A DNA stretch of 64,000 nt, taken from NCBI RefSeq assembly GCF_002105155.1, contig NW_019029014.1, positions 1 to 64,000 of the forward strand, written 5' to 3'. Source of the DNA: Lobosporangium transversale (Eukaryota). Both the position numbers and the translations under genes were made by a program. The first letter of the stretch is position 1, and every line of letters starts with the position of its first letter. Of this stretch, positions 25,801-36,228 are shown in pieces. A model generated the notes under the pieces. It was not told the DNA's origin. It worked only from the letters and a program-made list of their open reading frames with translations, and did not search any database.

Positions 25801-28800
25801 AGAATGGAATCAGATACATGACGGACCTGGCCACAGCGATCTATAAGCACCAAGATGGCAATTCAGTAGTGGAATATTCTTCGTTTAAACACAAGGGTAC
25901 ATGGAAAGATGAATATTTTAGCAGAGAGAGTGAAAGATATCTTCTACGCGAGGCTTCTCCATTGAACCGTACAGGCAACCAATATCGATTCATCCATCGC
26001 TCTATTTTGGAATATAGTGTAGCTCGGGCGGTCTTTGAACCGCAGGTAACGACGAGTGTTTTTGCAAGTGGAGAGACAGCAGAGGACTCTACCTTACGTC
26101 GACAGAGTCTAAGCTCGACATACAGCTTCAAAATCGGTGAGAGTGATGTGATTGGGAGGGAGGCTGACCTAATCAAGCCTGATGAAGGCTCTCCTTTAGT
26201 GTGGAGAAGTTTTGTAAGCGAGCCATCCATCTTGGATTTCCTAGTAGATCGCGTTCGACTAGAGCCAGTGTTTAGACAGCAGCTATATGGCTGTGTGGAG
26301 CTCTCAAAGAGCGACGGCAAGTGGCGGATAGCAGCAGCCAATGCAATGACGGTCTTAGTTCGAGCAGGCGAGTCGTTTGCTGGAACGAACTTGCGAGGCA
26401 TTCAGATCCCAGGCGCGAACCTTAGTCATGGTATTTTCGAATATGCTCAGCTACAAGCAGCGGATCTGAGGAAGGTCAACTTTCAAAACTGTTGGCTTCG
26501 TGAAGCAAATATGAGTGATGCAAATATGGCAGACGCTCAGTTTGGTGAATGGCCACTTCTTCGTGTAAATGGTGGTGCCTGGAGGGGATCGTTTTCTCCT
26601 GATGGCAAGACGCTCGCTGCAGCTGTCCGCAACGAAAATATTGGCGACTGTTCAATCAGCGTATATGACACACTGACGTGGGAGAAGCGTCTGACTATGA
26701 GTGGCATTGATTGGAGTAGTATACCAACATACTCACCAGACAGCCGCCACATTACATTTTCAAACTACCTTAATGTGGTTATAATATGGGATGTAGCCTC
26801 AGGTGCGCTGGCTCGCTGTTTGGAGGGCCATAAAGATACTGTCAACCATATAGCCTACTCGCCAAGTGGGGAACATCTTGCCTCTGCCAGCAGTGACGGC
26901 TCCGTACGTGTGTGGCATGCTCAGTCTGGCATACTCCAATATATATTAAAAAGCCATACTGGTGTCGGAGAGAACGTGGCGTACTCACCTGATGGAAATC
27001 AGATTGCAACTGGAGACAAAGACAAGACAATACGGCTGTGGGATGCGGCATCGGGGCACCAGCAACTGGAGCTAGAGGGCCATGAGAACGAGACCAGGCA
27101 GATTGTATATTCGCCCAACGGCCAGGAAATCGTCTCCTGTTGTTGTGGCGGCACTACACTGTATGTGTGGGATACAAAGTCTGGCCAAATGAAATGGGCC
27201 TTAAGGCACGATGGCTTTGTTAGAGGCGCTCGATTTTCGCCTAGCGGGAAATTTGCCGCTTCATTTGCCGGTGAAAAGGCATATCAGTGGGATATGCAAA
27301 CAGGGAAAGTCAGCCATATCCTAAAAGGACATTCCAGAGTAATCTACGGCCTAAAGTATGCGCCAAATGGAGATCAGATCGCCACTTGCGGCTATGATGC
27401 CATAATACGGCTTTGGGACGCACAATCAGGACAGCTCATTAATGCCTTCCATGGCCACTCCGAGATTGTAAACGATGTGACATATTCATCCAAAACCTAT
27501 CAGATTGCATCGTTCAGCAATGACGGAACAATACGCCTTTGGGGCACCAGATTTCGGCAGTGTAACTATGACTCACATAGCCATACGTCACCGATCAGCC
27601 ACATCAGATGTTCACCAGATGGACAGCAGACGGCCTCATGTAGCCGGAACGGTAGAGTGGATATATGGGATAGCCGAACAGGACAACCTATTCATACTTT
27701 ATATAGTCAAAACGAGCCAGTAGTAGACATGAAGTATTCATATGATGGTCGATTGCTTGCCTATTGTCACTGTGCTTCACGCGTTTATCTTTGGGATACT
27801 CAAACAGGCCAACATCCTTACAACTTGGAGTTGCATGGCGATGGCGAACAAGAATACCGCATCTTTGCTATAGATCCTTCTCCCACTACCAATCAAATTA
27901 CTTGTGGGCATAAAAACGGGAAAATAAGTATATGGGATATGCAAACAGGGGAGCTCGTCCGAATCCTTCATGGACATAAGAGCGAAGTGGAATGCGTAGT
28001 GTTCTCGCCTAATGGTCAGCAGGTCGCTTCGTGTGCTTGGGGATGTGGGCTCAAAGTCTGGACAGTGCACTCAGGGGATATCCTCTTTGAATTGAACGAT
28101 GAAATATGCGATACTTCCTGTATAGTGTACTCACCTAACAACCAGAAAATAGCAACAATCCACCGCTACAAAAGCTTGAAAATATGGGACGCAGGGACGG
28201 GCGAGCTCTGCTCTGAAAAGAGGTTACAGGATATCCAAGGCCCGGTTGCATTTTCACCATGGGGCCAACAGCTGACCGTCGGGAGCTTTCATGGGCCATT
28301 AAGTGTATTGGATGTCGAATCAGGAGCATTGCTTCATACGCTTGAAGGGCATATTGGGTGGATCGCAGTTATATCGTATTCTCCTGATGGCCATTACATT
28401 GCTTCAGGGAATAAAGACATGACAGTGCGATTATGGGAATCTCGATCATTCAACTGCGTGATTGCAATTCCGCATCCAGGTGGATATGTTCAGGCTCTCA
28501 GTTGGAATGTCTCTAAGGAAGGCTGCTTCCTGATAACTGGGTGCGATGATGGTTCTATCCGAATGTGGCAAATCATCAAAGAAAACGACCTGTATCAATA
28601 CCGTTTGAAGTGGAGCACAGGACAGACTGTTTTATATGCTGGTAATACATGTATCCAAGATGTGGTGGGGCTGAGTGAAGTCAATAGGACGCTCTTGATA
28701 GAGCGTGGAGCTATAAGGCATCAAGCGATCCAAAAAACGAATAATGTAGCCAATGCAGTAACACTTGTGGCATCTGAGATGGTAATATCTCCTAACACGA

Positions 28801-29096
28801 CCAAGAGCAAAGCCTTGGCTAAAAGCTTAAAAAGCGATAACTCCAGAGGAAGAGTGCTGATCGCTAAAGCCGAGCCTATTAATGGGCATCGGTTCATTTG
28901 CAGTGTGTGTAGTAAATGCAATGATTGTAATGTTGCGCATTTTATCTTAAGAGGCACCTGTGGTGACAATTGTCAGCATCAAAAAGAAGTAAATAGATAT
29001 GTAGGTGTGGTCTATGGTATTATTTTATCCATTTTATTTTATTTTTTTAATAAAGTCACTGACGTGTAGTCTCGTCCGACCATCCAGGCGTTATAA
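22836..29096 (+). CDS. NLR-like STAND protein: N-terminal Arm-like helical region, NACHT, pentapeptide repeats, ~14 WD40 repeats
   Basis: Exon 22836-24597, intron 24598-24711, long exon from 24712; Walker A GDSGSGKS, Walker B ILICDGYDE, FIHRSILEY, pentapeptide run ANLSHGIFEYAQLQAADLRKVNF, many GH...SPDG...WD repeats; probable last intron 28989-29069 then SRPTIQAL* (unspliced ORF would stop at 29069). Confidence 0.9.
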
Positions 29097-29897
29097 AAAC
29101 CAGTTTTGTGGGCCAAACATGGGGCCGGGTGACTAAGGTGCATTTTGGGAAAGAGGTGCACTGTTTTCTTAAGAGTATAAACATGACTTCTGATTAGTAT
29201 TGTTGGTTTTAGTTTTAGTCACGTGTAGAGGGTTCGCCACCAACTATTTAACGAGCAACAGCTCAGGAAAATCTGGCTCCTTGTTCCTTATTTTTACACA
29301 AGAGCCATTTGAGTACTGACTGTTCTCGTCCAGTCTTTGAGTAGTGTGTGTGTTCTTTTATTGTGTTAGAATTATTTATCTATCTGCAGCTGGAAGTGAC
29401 CGGCTTCATAATCCACCAAAACGACCTAAATCTCCTACCACATCTGCCCCTAAATTTTGCAACAGTATCAGAATAGGTGACTCTTTATGTTGAATATATG
29501 GGCGAGATTGATGCGTTTACCTTCAGTGCCGACATGGTCAATGAAGGGGGGAAAAAAATGTGTCCGTTCCATTTGCACTTGCAACTGCACTTTCACGTGA
29601 GGATCCCTTTGAAAGATAACAATCAAATGATGAGGAGGATTTAAACATACATGTATACATCTTGGTGCATTAGTATCTATAATGGAGCGCATGCAATGCC
29701 CAAAGCCATACGCATGCTGTTGTTTACATCTTTCCCATTAAATCCAACTCTCGCAAAGACTTGAAGGCATGTGGTACAAAATCCTCAGAAAGAAATTGAA
29801 AAGCACGGAATCAGAGTCCAATTTCGCACAGCAGTTTGTGTGACATGAAAAAAACTATATACATATAAATATACATTTCAACAGTAGATTTTGCAAA

Positions 29898-29934
29898 GAG
29901 TCCTCGCCAAAAAGTCGTCGACTAATATATTTTT
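29898..29934. repeat. Left terminal inverted repeat (37 bp)
   Basis: Exact reverse complement of 32168-32204; imperfect similarity continues ~30 bp inward. Confidence 0.95.
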
Positions 29935-30005
29935 CATATTTTTAAATTGAATAAAATACCCTCCCTTTTTAGACGAAAAAAAAAAAACGTTACAAACTCA
30001 AAATT

Positions 30006-31999
30006 TTAATTTTTACGAGAGCGTTTTCGATTGATAAGAGGCTCGTCCTCAGACTCGCTATCCTCTACTAAACCAAACATGTTTCCAGTATCTGGTGCAA
30101 GGTCCTCGGTCCCAGATTCCATTATTACAGCCTCAGCTTGCTCTTGGTTTACTACTCTGTCGAGTTCTAGGTCCCACTCACTGCTGTCGAGTCTAATCTC
30201 CTCGCTAATGTCCTCAATTGTCTCCTGTTCATCATTGATCTCTTGGTAATGCCTCTCGTCCGCCTCATCCAGCATTCCTTGGACACGTCTTCTCTCGTTA
30301 TAGTATTTCATACCAATTTTCACAGACTTTTTCCATACAGAATAAAATATTCTATCCGGAATCTGAGAAAACAAGCTGAGAAGCCTTTTCTTCAGCAAAA
30401 GGGCTGTCATTGTCGTCCTTGCTCTCGACGCAATAATGTTTTTAACGACGGCCCAAATTTTCTCAATAGGCTGAAGTTCGCAGTGATATGGTGGAGTCTT
30501 GAGAATTTCATGGCCACCATTCTCTTGGGCGATTTTACTGATAGAGAAATACGACTCGTCAGGAAGGGCTTTGATCAACTCCATAAGATCGTCTTTATTC
30601 GCCGCTTTTCCATTTTCCTTGGTTGGAATAGCAATACCCTTGCTGGTGAGCCACTCTTTGATAGTTGCCACAGTGTCGCTCTTGGGTGGTACTTTGTTTT
30701 TCTTATGGAAATGATATTAAGCACCATCAAGATGGATTTGACAAGGCCCCAGTCCCATCTCATTGAGGTTCTCACAAAGTCGCTTAAAAATACTATCAAA
30801 TAAATTGGCGTTGAAATTTCCATGATAGTCGTGACCTGTTGCTACAACTCCTGCACTCTTGATCTCTTCGGGCACATCGTTCCACAACTCTGCCTCCTGT
30901 TCTTGGCCCTTCTTTGACTGAGGCTTTGGCCCTTTGGATGGCCAGACATATACACTATCCTTCACGAATTTGCCCTCAACTTTTTTGTTGAGTTCATCGT
31001 AATGCACAACGAATGCCGCAAAGATAACTACTATTGGCTTTCTTCCCGCATCGTTTACGACACCACCACTACTTTTCACCCAACGTCTTGCTGCAGCATG
31101 ATCGATGTGACAGTAAGACTCGTCTAAAAAAACTTCTGGCATTTTAGGAACCCAATTGCCGTCCACAAGTTTTAGATTACTGAGGCGACGCTTGAGGTAT
31201 GTTGTTCGGAACGCGACATTTTCCTTGGAGTCATGCAAGAAATGTTGTCGGTTTCCTTTACCCCAATATAAACCCATTTTGCGAAGATCACGAGTAATTG
31301 ACCTTGCTGATCTATCGATCCCAAAGTCATCCTTTAGTTGGTTGGCAACCATAGAGGGGCTCCGCACTTGTTTGAATCTACTATGACAGCCATGATTTTT
31401 GAGGTTACATCCTGATCAATTTCTTTTTTTGGGCGTCCAGTTCTTCCACGTCTGGTTCTCTCATGTCCAGCTTTACCGCGGTCTTTGAACTCGAGTACAC
31501 CTGTGGTAGCAAATTTAATTACTGTCAAACATGCATCTCTCCCTACACCCATTAAAATCGCCAAGTTGTTCGCTCTGTCTGGCGTCTGCATAAACTACTG
31601 TCGAACTTCTAATGGCCCCTCGGTAATAGCCTTGAATGTCCGAGCCATCATAACGTATTCGTTATGTGTAATGCTCGCCTTATTACGGGATAATTCACCA
31701 ATGTCCTGCTGGAGCTCTACAGCTTGTCCATTTGACAAGAATGGATTTGGATCAGCAGCATCGGGAAGCTGCTCTTTTGAAGGAGATCCCTTGGATCTGT
31801 TCTTAGATGGGGTATTCCAATGATATTGTGTGGGAGATCTAGTGCAGGTGACATTGAATTTGGAGGGCGATTGTCGACATCTTCGGGGTGGAGTTGTGCG
31901 TGTTCCTAGAAACGTTGGATCGGTATCACCTAGATCATTATACATATCACTCAGATCATTATATGACGGGTGACTATCGTTATCAATAGGGAAAGACAT
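30006..31999 (-). pseudogene. DDE transposase pseudogene (~DD87E)
   Basis: Motifs GRPKK, VFLDESY, DYHGNFN, HLDGA*YH, TPPYHCELQPIEKIWAVVK; in-frame stops at 31595-7 (TAG) and 30717-9 (TAA) and a frameshift near 31350-31360; start codon uncertain. Confidence 0.85.
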
Positions 32000-32167
32000 T
32001 TGACTATTTCTTGGAGAATGAGTGAATGTGAATGAGGATAATGAAGGTCTGCTTCGTCGGTCAGTTTCAGATTCATAAAGAAACAACGGTTTCCAATACA
32101 GTCAAGTTTATTCAAAAAATTATATGAAAATGGATGAGGGAAGTCTTTAATTCAAATTGAGTATTTT

Positions 32168-32204
32168 AAAAATATATTAGTCGACGACTTTTTGGCGAGG
32201 ACTC
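32168..32204. repeat. Right terminal inverted repeat (37 bp)
   Basis: Exact reverse complement of 29898-29934. Confidence 0.95.
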
Positions 32205-32215
32205 TATGCGAACAA

Positions 32216-32839
32216 TTATACTACTACGACATTTTCATTATCATCTTTTCGCTTGCATTCCTGGGGGAGCATGACCACAGAGCCGCGAGCAGGGGTAAGT
32301 GGAAGCCATGCAATTTGAGGACAGTATGCAAACACTTTTGCATCCATCCATTTATATACCCAGTATGGGACGTAGTTCATCATCACCTGGCGTAACAACC
32401 GCTCCTTCCATGTCTAGCAGCAGATAGAACGAGCCCATGTTTGCATACCAAGCAAATAATTAGTATCAAAGGGTGGCGTCTTAATGTACCAAGATATACA
32501 CCAAAGTGTTTGTTTTACATACCTGGCCATAGGAGATTTTGGACCATGTAGAGCTTCTCTGGAATGCATCTAGTGCGCGAGAGTAACGCTGACGATAATA
32601 TTCCTGAAAGGCGGTTGTAATGCTTTTAGAGCTGTTATCTTCCATGTTATAGATACAGTTGGCAAGCACAACCGCATCATGCATCGCATTCACTGCGCCT
32701 GTAGTACCATGAAGGAAATGTTAATGAGCACCTTATTCATAAAACGGAACGAACATAAACAAGCAATGAAACACATTCTTTTTTCTTCTTTTAACATGCC
32801 TAAGCCAGCTCCTGGAAGCATCTACAAACGATCAAAGCA

Positions 32840-32870
<31 letters not shown>

Positions 32871-34373
32871 AGATTAGAAGACAAGATATGATATCGTCAC
32901 TAATAAAGCACCAATAATTTTCAAAAAGTGGTCCCACCTTGTGGCACGCTAGTCGCGAGGAGCAGAAGAAAGCATGTTTATAAATACGAGAATACAGTCA
33001 GTACAACACATCGTTTACTTGCATAAAAAAGTAACGCTCGATTTTTTTTTTTTTTTTTTACCATCGCCAAGGAGAACAGTTCGACCATGGAACCAGGTTT
33101 GGAAAACTTTTTCCTCCAGAAAGGCCTTCGAGATTAAGTTCCTGGGTGTTGCTTGGATCATATCACCCATAGTACCTCCCCATGGACAAGGAATGTCCGC
33201 GAACTCATTAATCATGCTATCGATCGATTCAGGGCCCCATTCTGAGCTTCGAAACAGTTGACTCTTGGCCTCAGCTTCTGTAAGCTGTTGGTACAAATAC
33301 CAGCATACACGTTGACCAGGAACATTCACTACGCCGCACTAATATGTATTCACGATAAGGAAAATAATGAGTGTCATTCATCTTCCCTACAGCTTGCGAC
33401 ATTTTTTGCATGTCTTTTGGAAGGATACATACCACTCCCTTGCCTCCAAATATCGACGAGAAATGAGAAAACTCGTCCTTGAGTTGAGGATACTTCTCAG
33501 GATCCTTTGGCTCTGCTACTCCTACCATACAGAGGTTGGTAACCGAAAAGTTCTCTGAGTCAGCTTTTGGAAGACCAATGCCTTGCTCCTCCAGACGCTT
33601 ATATAGGCTTTGACGGACACCACTATAAGCACCGTCAGCACCCACGAGGATATCGCCTTCCCATGCAGTCCCGTCTGCACAATGTATTAACACTTTTTCA
33701 TCTATTTCCTCTGTCTGAAGCACCCGCTTGCCAAGGCTGATTTTGTATTCTGGCACTTGTTTCCGTAAGAGCTCATGTAATTGTGGACGACAGAAAATAA
33801 TATCACTGTATCCTGTAAATCTTTTTTATTTTCACCATCGAATCGTACCATAGCAATTAAAAGAGGGGAAAAAGTAGATTCGAGTTAATGGATCGTTTTA
33901 CGCTTGCAATAAAAAAAAAAAAAAAAAAAAAAAACGTGCTACGTATTATTACTTCTTTCGATCATCCAGTTTGATGGAGCTAAAGAGTTCTCGGTCGAGT
34001 GTGTAAAAGTCATGTGAGTAACATGGGTATGAAATCTTTTCAAGCTCATCCAACAACCCAAGCTGTTCAAAGACTGGTAACACTGTTGCCGATAATGTCA
34101 TTGCGGATCCTAATGACAATGTTAACAGTAAAGGAAAAAAGCATTGTGGTAATGAGAATCCACAATATTATAAATTTTTATAGAAAACTACTGTATTTAT
34201 TTTACCAGCTTTTTACCCAATGATCTCAATTCGGTAGCCCGTTCGAAAATATGGTATGGATACCCGAGTCTTTCCAAGAGTGTACCGAGCAGTAGACCTC
34301 CGATACCAGCGCCGACAATTATCACTCCTGGGATACGTTCTGATGAAGTGGTAGTAATTGTAGGTTCAGACAT
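32216..34373 (-). CDS. FAD-dependent monooxygenase (group A), 8 exons
   Basis: ATG 34373 MSEPTITTT...IVGAGIGG; DILVGADGAYSGVRQ; LLGD-ACHK-MLPGAGLG-AVNAMHDA; same exon layout as the 18005 gene, with one GC-AG intron (32799..32699). Confidence 0.9.
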
Positions 34374-34747
34374 GATGGTGATGTTAAGGAAGAGGAGAAT
34401 TAGGATAGTAGTGAAATAGATAGGCAATAAAGAAGAGGCTACAGTAAGTAGATTAAAAAAAAAAAAAAAAAAATAAAAAAAAAAAAAAAGGAAGAGAAGA
34501 AGAAGAGAAGAAGGAAGCAAGATTGAAGATAAGAAAGAAAAAGAAGGAAGGAAAGAAGTTTATGTCAACCACATTTGCTAATGAGGGCCATTGATCCGCC
34601 TGTCTCTACTCTTCCAAAGAATGCATACCCACAACTGAACATGAGGATACAAAAAAAAGAAGCCCAATTTTGCACAGCAGTTTGTGTAACGGATAAAAAC
34701 CATGCATATGTGAGCCATTCTCTTCGGTTAATTTTTATTTTTTAAAA

Positions 34748-35457
34748 TTACACGACTACGGCATTTTCATTATCATCTTTTCGCTTGCATTCCTGGGGGA
34801 GCATGACCACAGAGCCGCGAGCAGGGGTAAGTGGAAGCCATGCAATTTGAGGACAGTATGCAAACACTTTTGCATCCATCCATTTATATACCCAGTATGG
34901 GACGTAGTTCATCATCACCTGGCGTAACAACCGCTCCTTCCATGTCTAGCAGCAGATAGAACGAGCCCATGTTTGCATACCAAGCAAATAATTAGTATCA
35001 AAGGGTGGCGTCTTAATGTACCAAGATATACACCAAAGTGTTTGTTTTACATACCTGGCCATAGGAGATTTTGGACCATGTAGAGCTTCTCTGGAATGCA
35101 TCTAGTGCGCGAGAGTAACGCTGACGATAATATTCCTGAAAGGCGGTTGTAATGCTTTTAGAGCTGTTATCTTCCATGTTATAGATACAGTTGGCAAGCA
35201 CAACCGCATCATGCATCGCATTCACTGCGCCTGTAGTACCATGAAGGAAATGTTAATAAAGCACCTAAATGAGCGATGAAATGCGATCTTTTATTTCAAC
35301 ATGCCTAGACCAGCTCCCAGAAGCATCTATAAGATATAGAAAAAAAATAAAAAATAAAAAATAAAAAATAAAAAAAAAAGCTGATCAGAGGATGAGCAAT
35401 ATGCTTTTTTCAGATAAAAATAAAAATATATGTATGAATCCTCACCTTGTGGCACGC
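34748..35457 (-). pseudogene. 5'-truncated duplicate of the adjacent FAD monooxygenase (last four exons only)
   Basis: Contains ACHK micro-exon (~35446-35457), MLLGAGLG exon (P>L versus MLPGAGLG) and the last two exons nearly identical to 32216-32698; no upstream exons recognisable before the F-box gene. Confidence 0.8.
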
Positions 35458-36228
35458 TGTTCGCTCAATGTCGGGTGGGAAAGGATAATATACATGAGTG
35501 TAACGACTCGTTAAATCTAAATTTTAGTCTACCACTTCTGCTCTTCCAAAAAGTAAGCATGTGTAAAACGCAATTACAAATAAGCATGATGCTGCCAATT
35601 TGATCCAATGAGATAAAATTCAGCATTCCCTCTGTTGTCAGTATTTTAAAATGATTAAAAAGTGAGTTGGCAGAGAGAGGAGAGACGTGGCAAAAAAGGA
35701 TGAATTGTTACAGTTCAAAGGCGTACATGTGGACATAGTAGTGTATGTTAGTTTTTATGATAAGAATATAAAAAATGTAAGAATGCTACAAAAATATTCC
35801 TTGTGCCCTGGCCATTTTCTCATCTAAATCGTCCCTGTTCTCATTTGTTTATAGGGCGGATCTTTGTGCAGGCGATTTTCGAACACTCGCTTTTAGGCAC
35901 ATAAGTAGCGCCCCGCGATTCCCAACGAGTGAATGCCAGGGGGACTAAGAGCAAAGAGCAAAGTTTTTGGAGTGTGCCCGAAGGAACAGCTCCAGTTGAA
36001 AAAAAAAGGTATGCGAACCATTAAAAGGACTGAATGCTCCATTGATTTTGTGGAACGTAGTGATTTAGAATCAAAGCGTCGTGTGAAATTCTTTATTGCC
36101 AACCACCCAATGAAATAGAAGTATGCAGTGTCCATGACGCTTGGCGTTTGGTTCTTGGCGCTTGGCAGTTATTTATTTCACTTCTCATTCATATTTGCTA
36201 TTCACTTTTTACATTTAGTACATTCCAC

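Larger units (their letters stand above)
29898..32204 (-). mobile_element. IS630/Tc1/mariner-superfamily DNA transposon, full length, defective transposase
   Basis: Perfect 37-bp TIRs GAGTCCTCGCCAAAAAGTCGTCGACTAATATATTTTT at 29898-29934 and reverse complement at 32168-32204; TA at right flank (32205-6), AA at left; internal DDE transposase. Confidence 0.92.

Noticed and set aside
29100..29620. Possible extra downstream exons of the NLR gene (short coding-looking segments after AG sites)
   Set aside because: Could not build an open spliced frame; stops and a frameshift intervene
30717..31597. Programmed readthrough or frameshifting in the transposase
   Set aside because: Two different stops plus a frameshift with no obvious slippery site are more simply explained by decay
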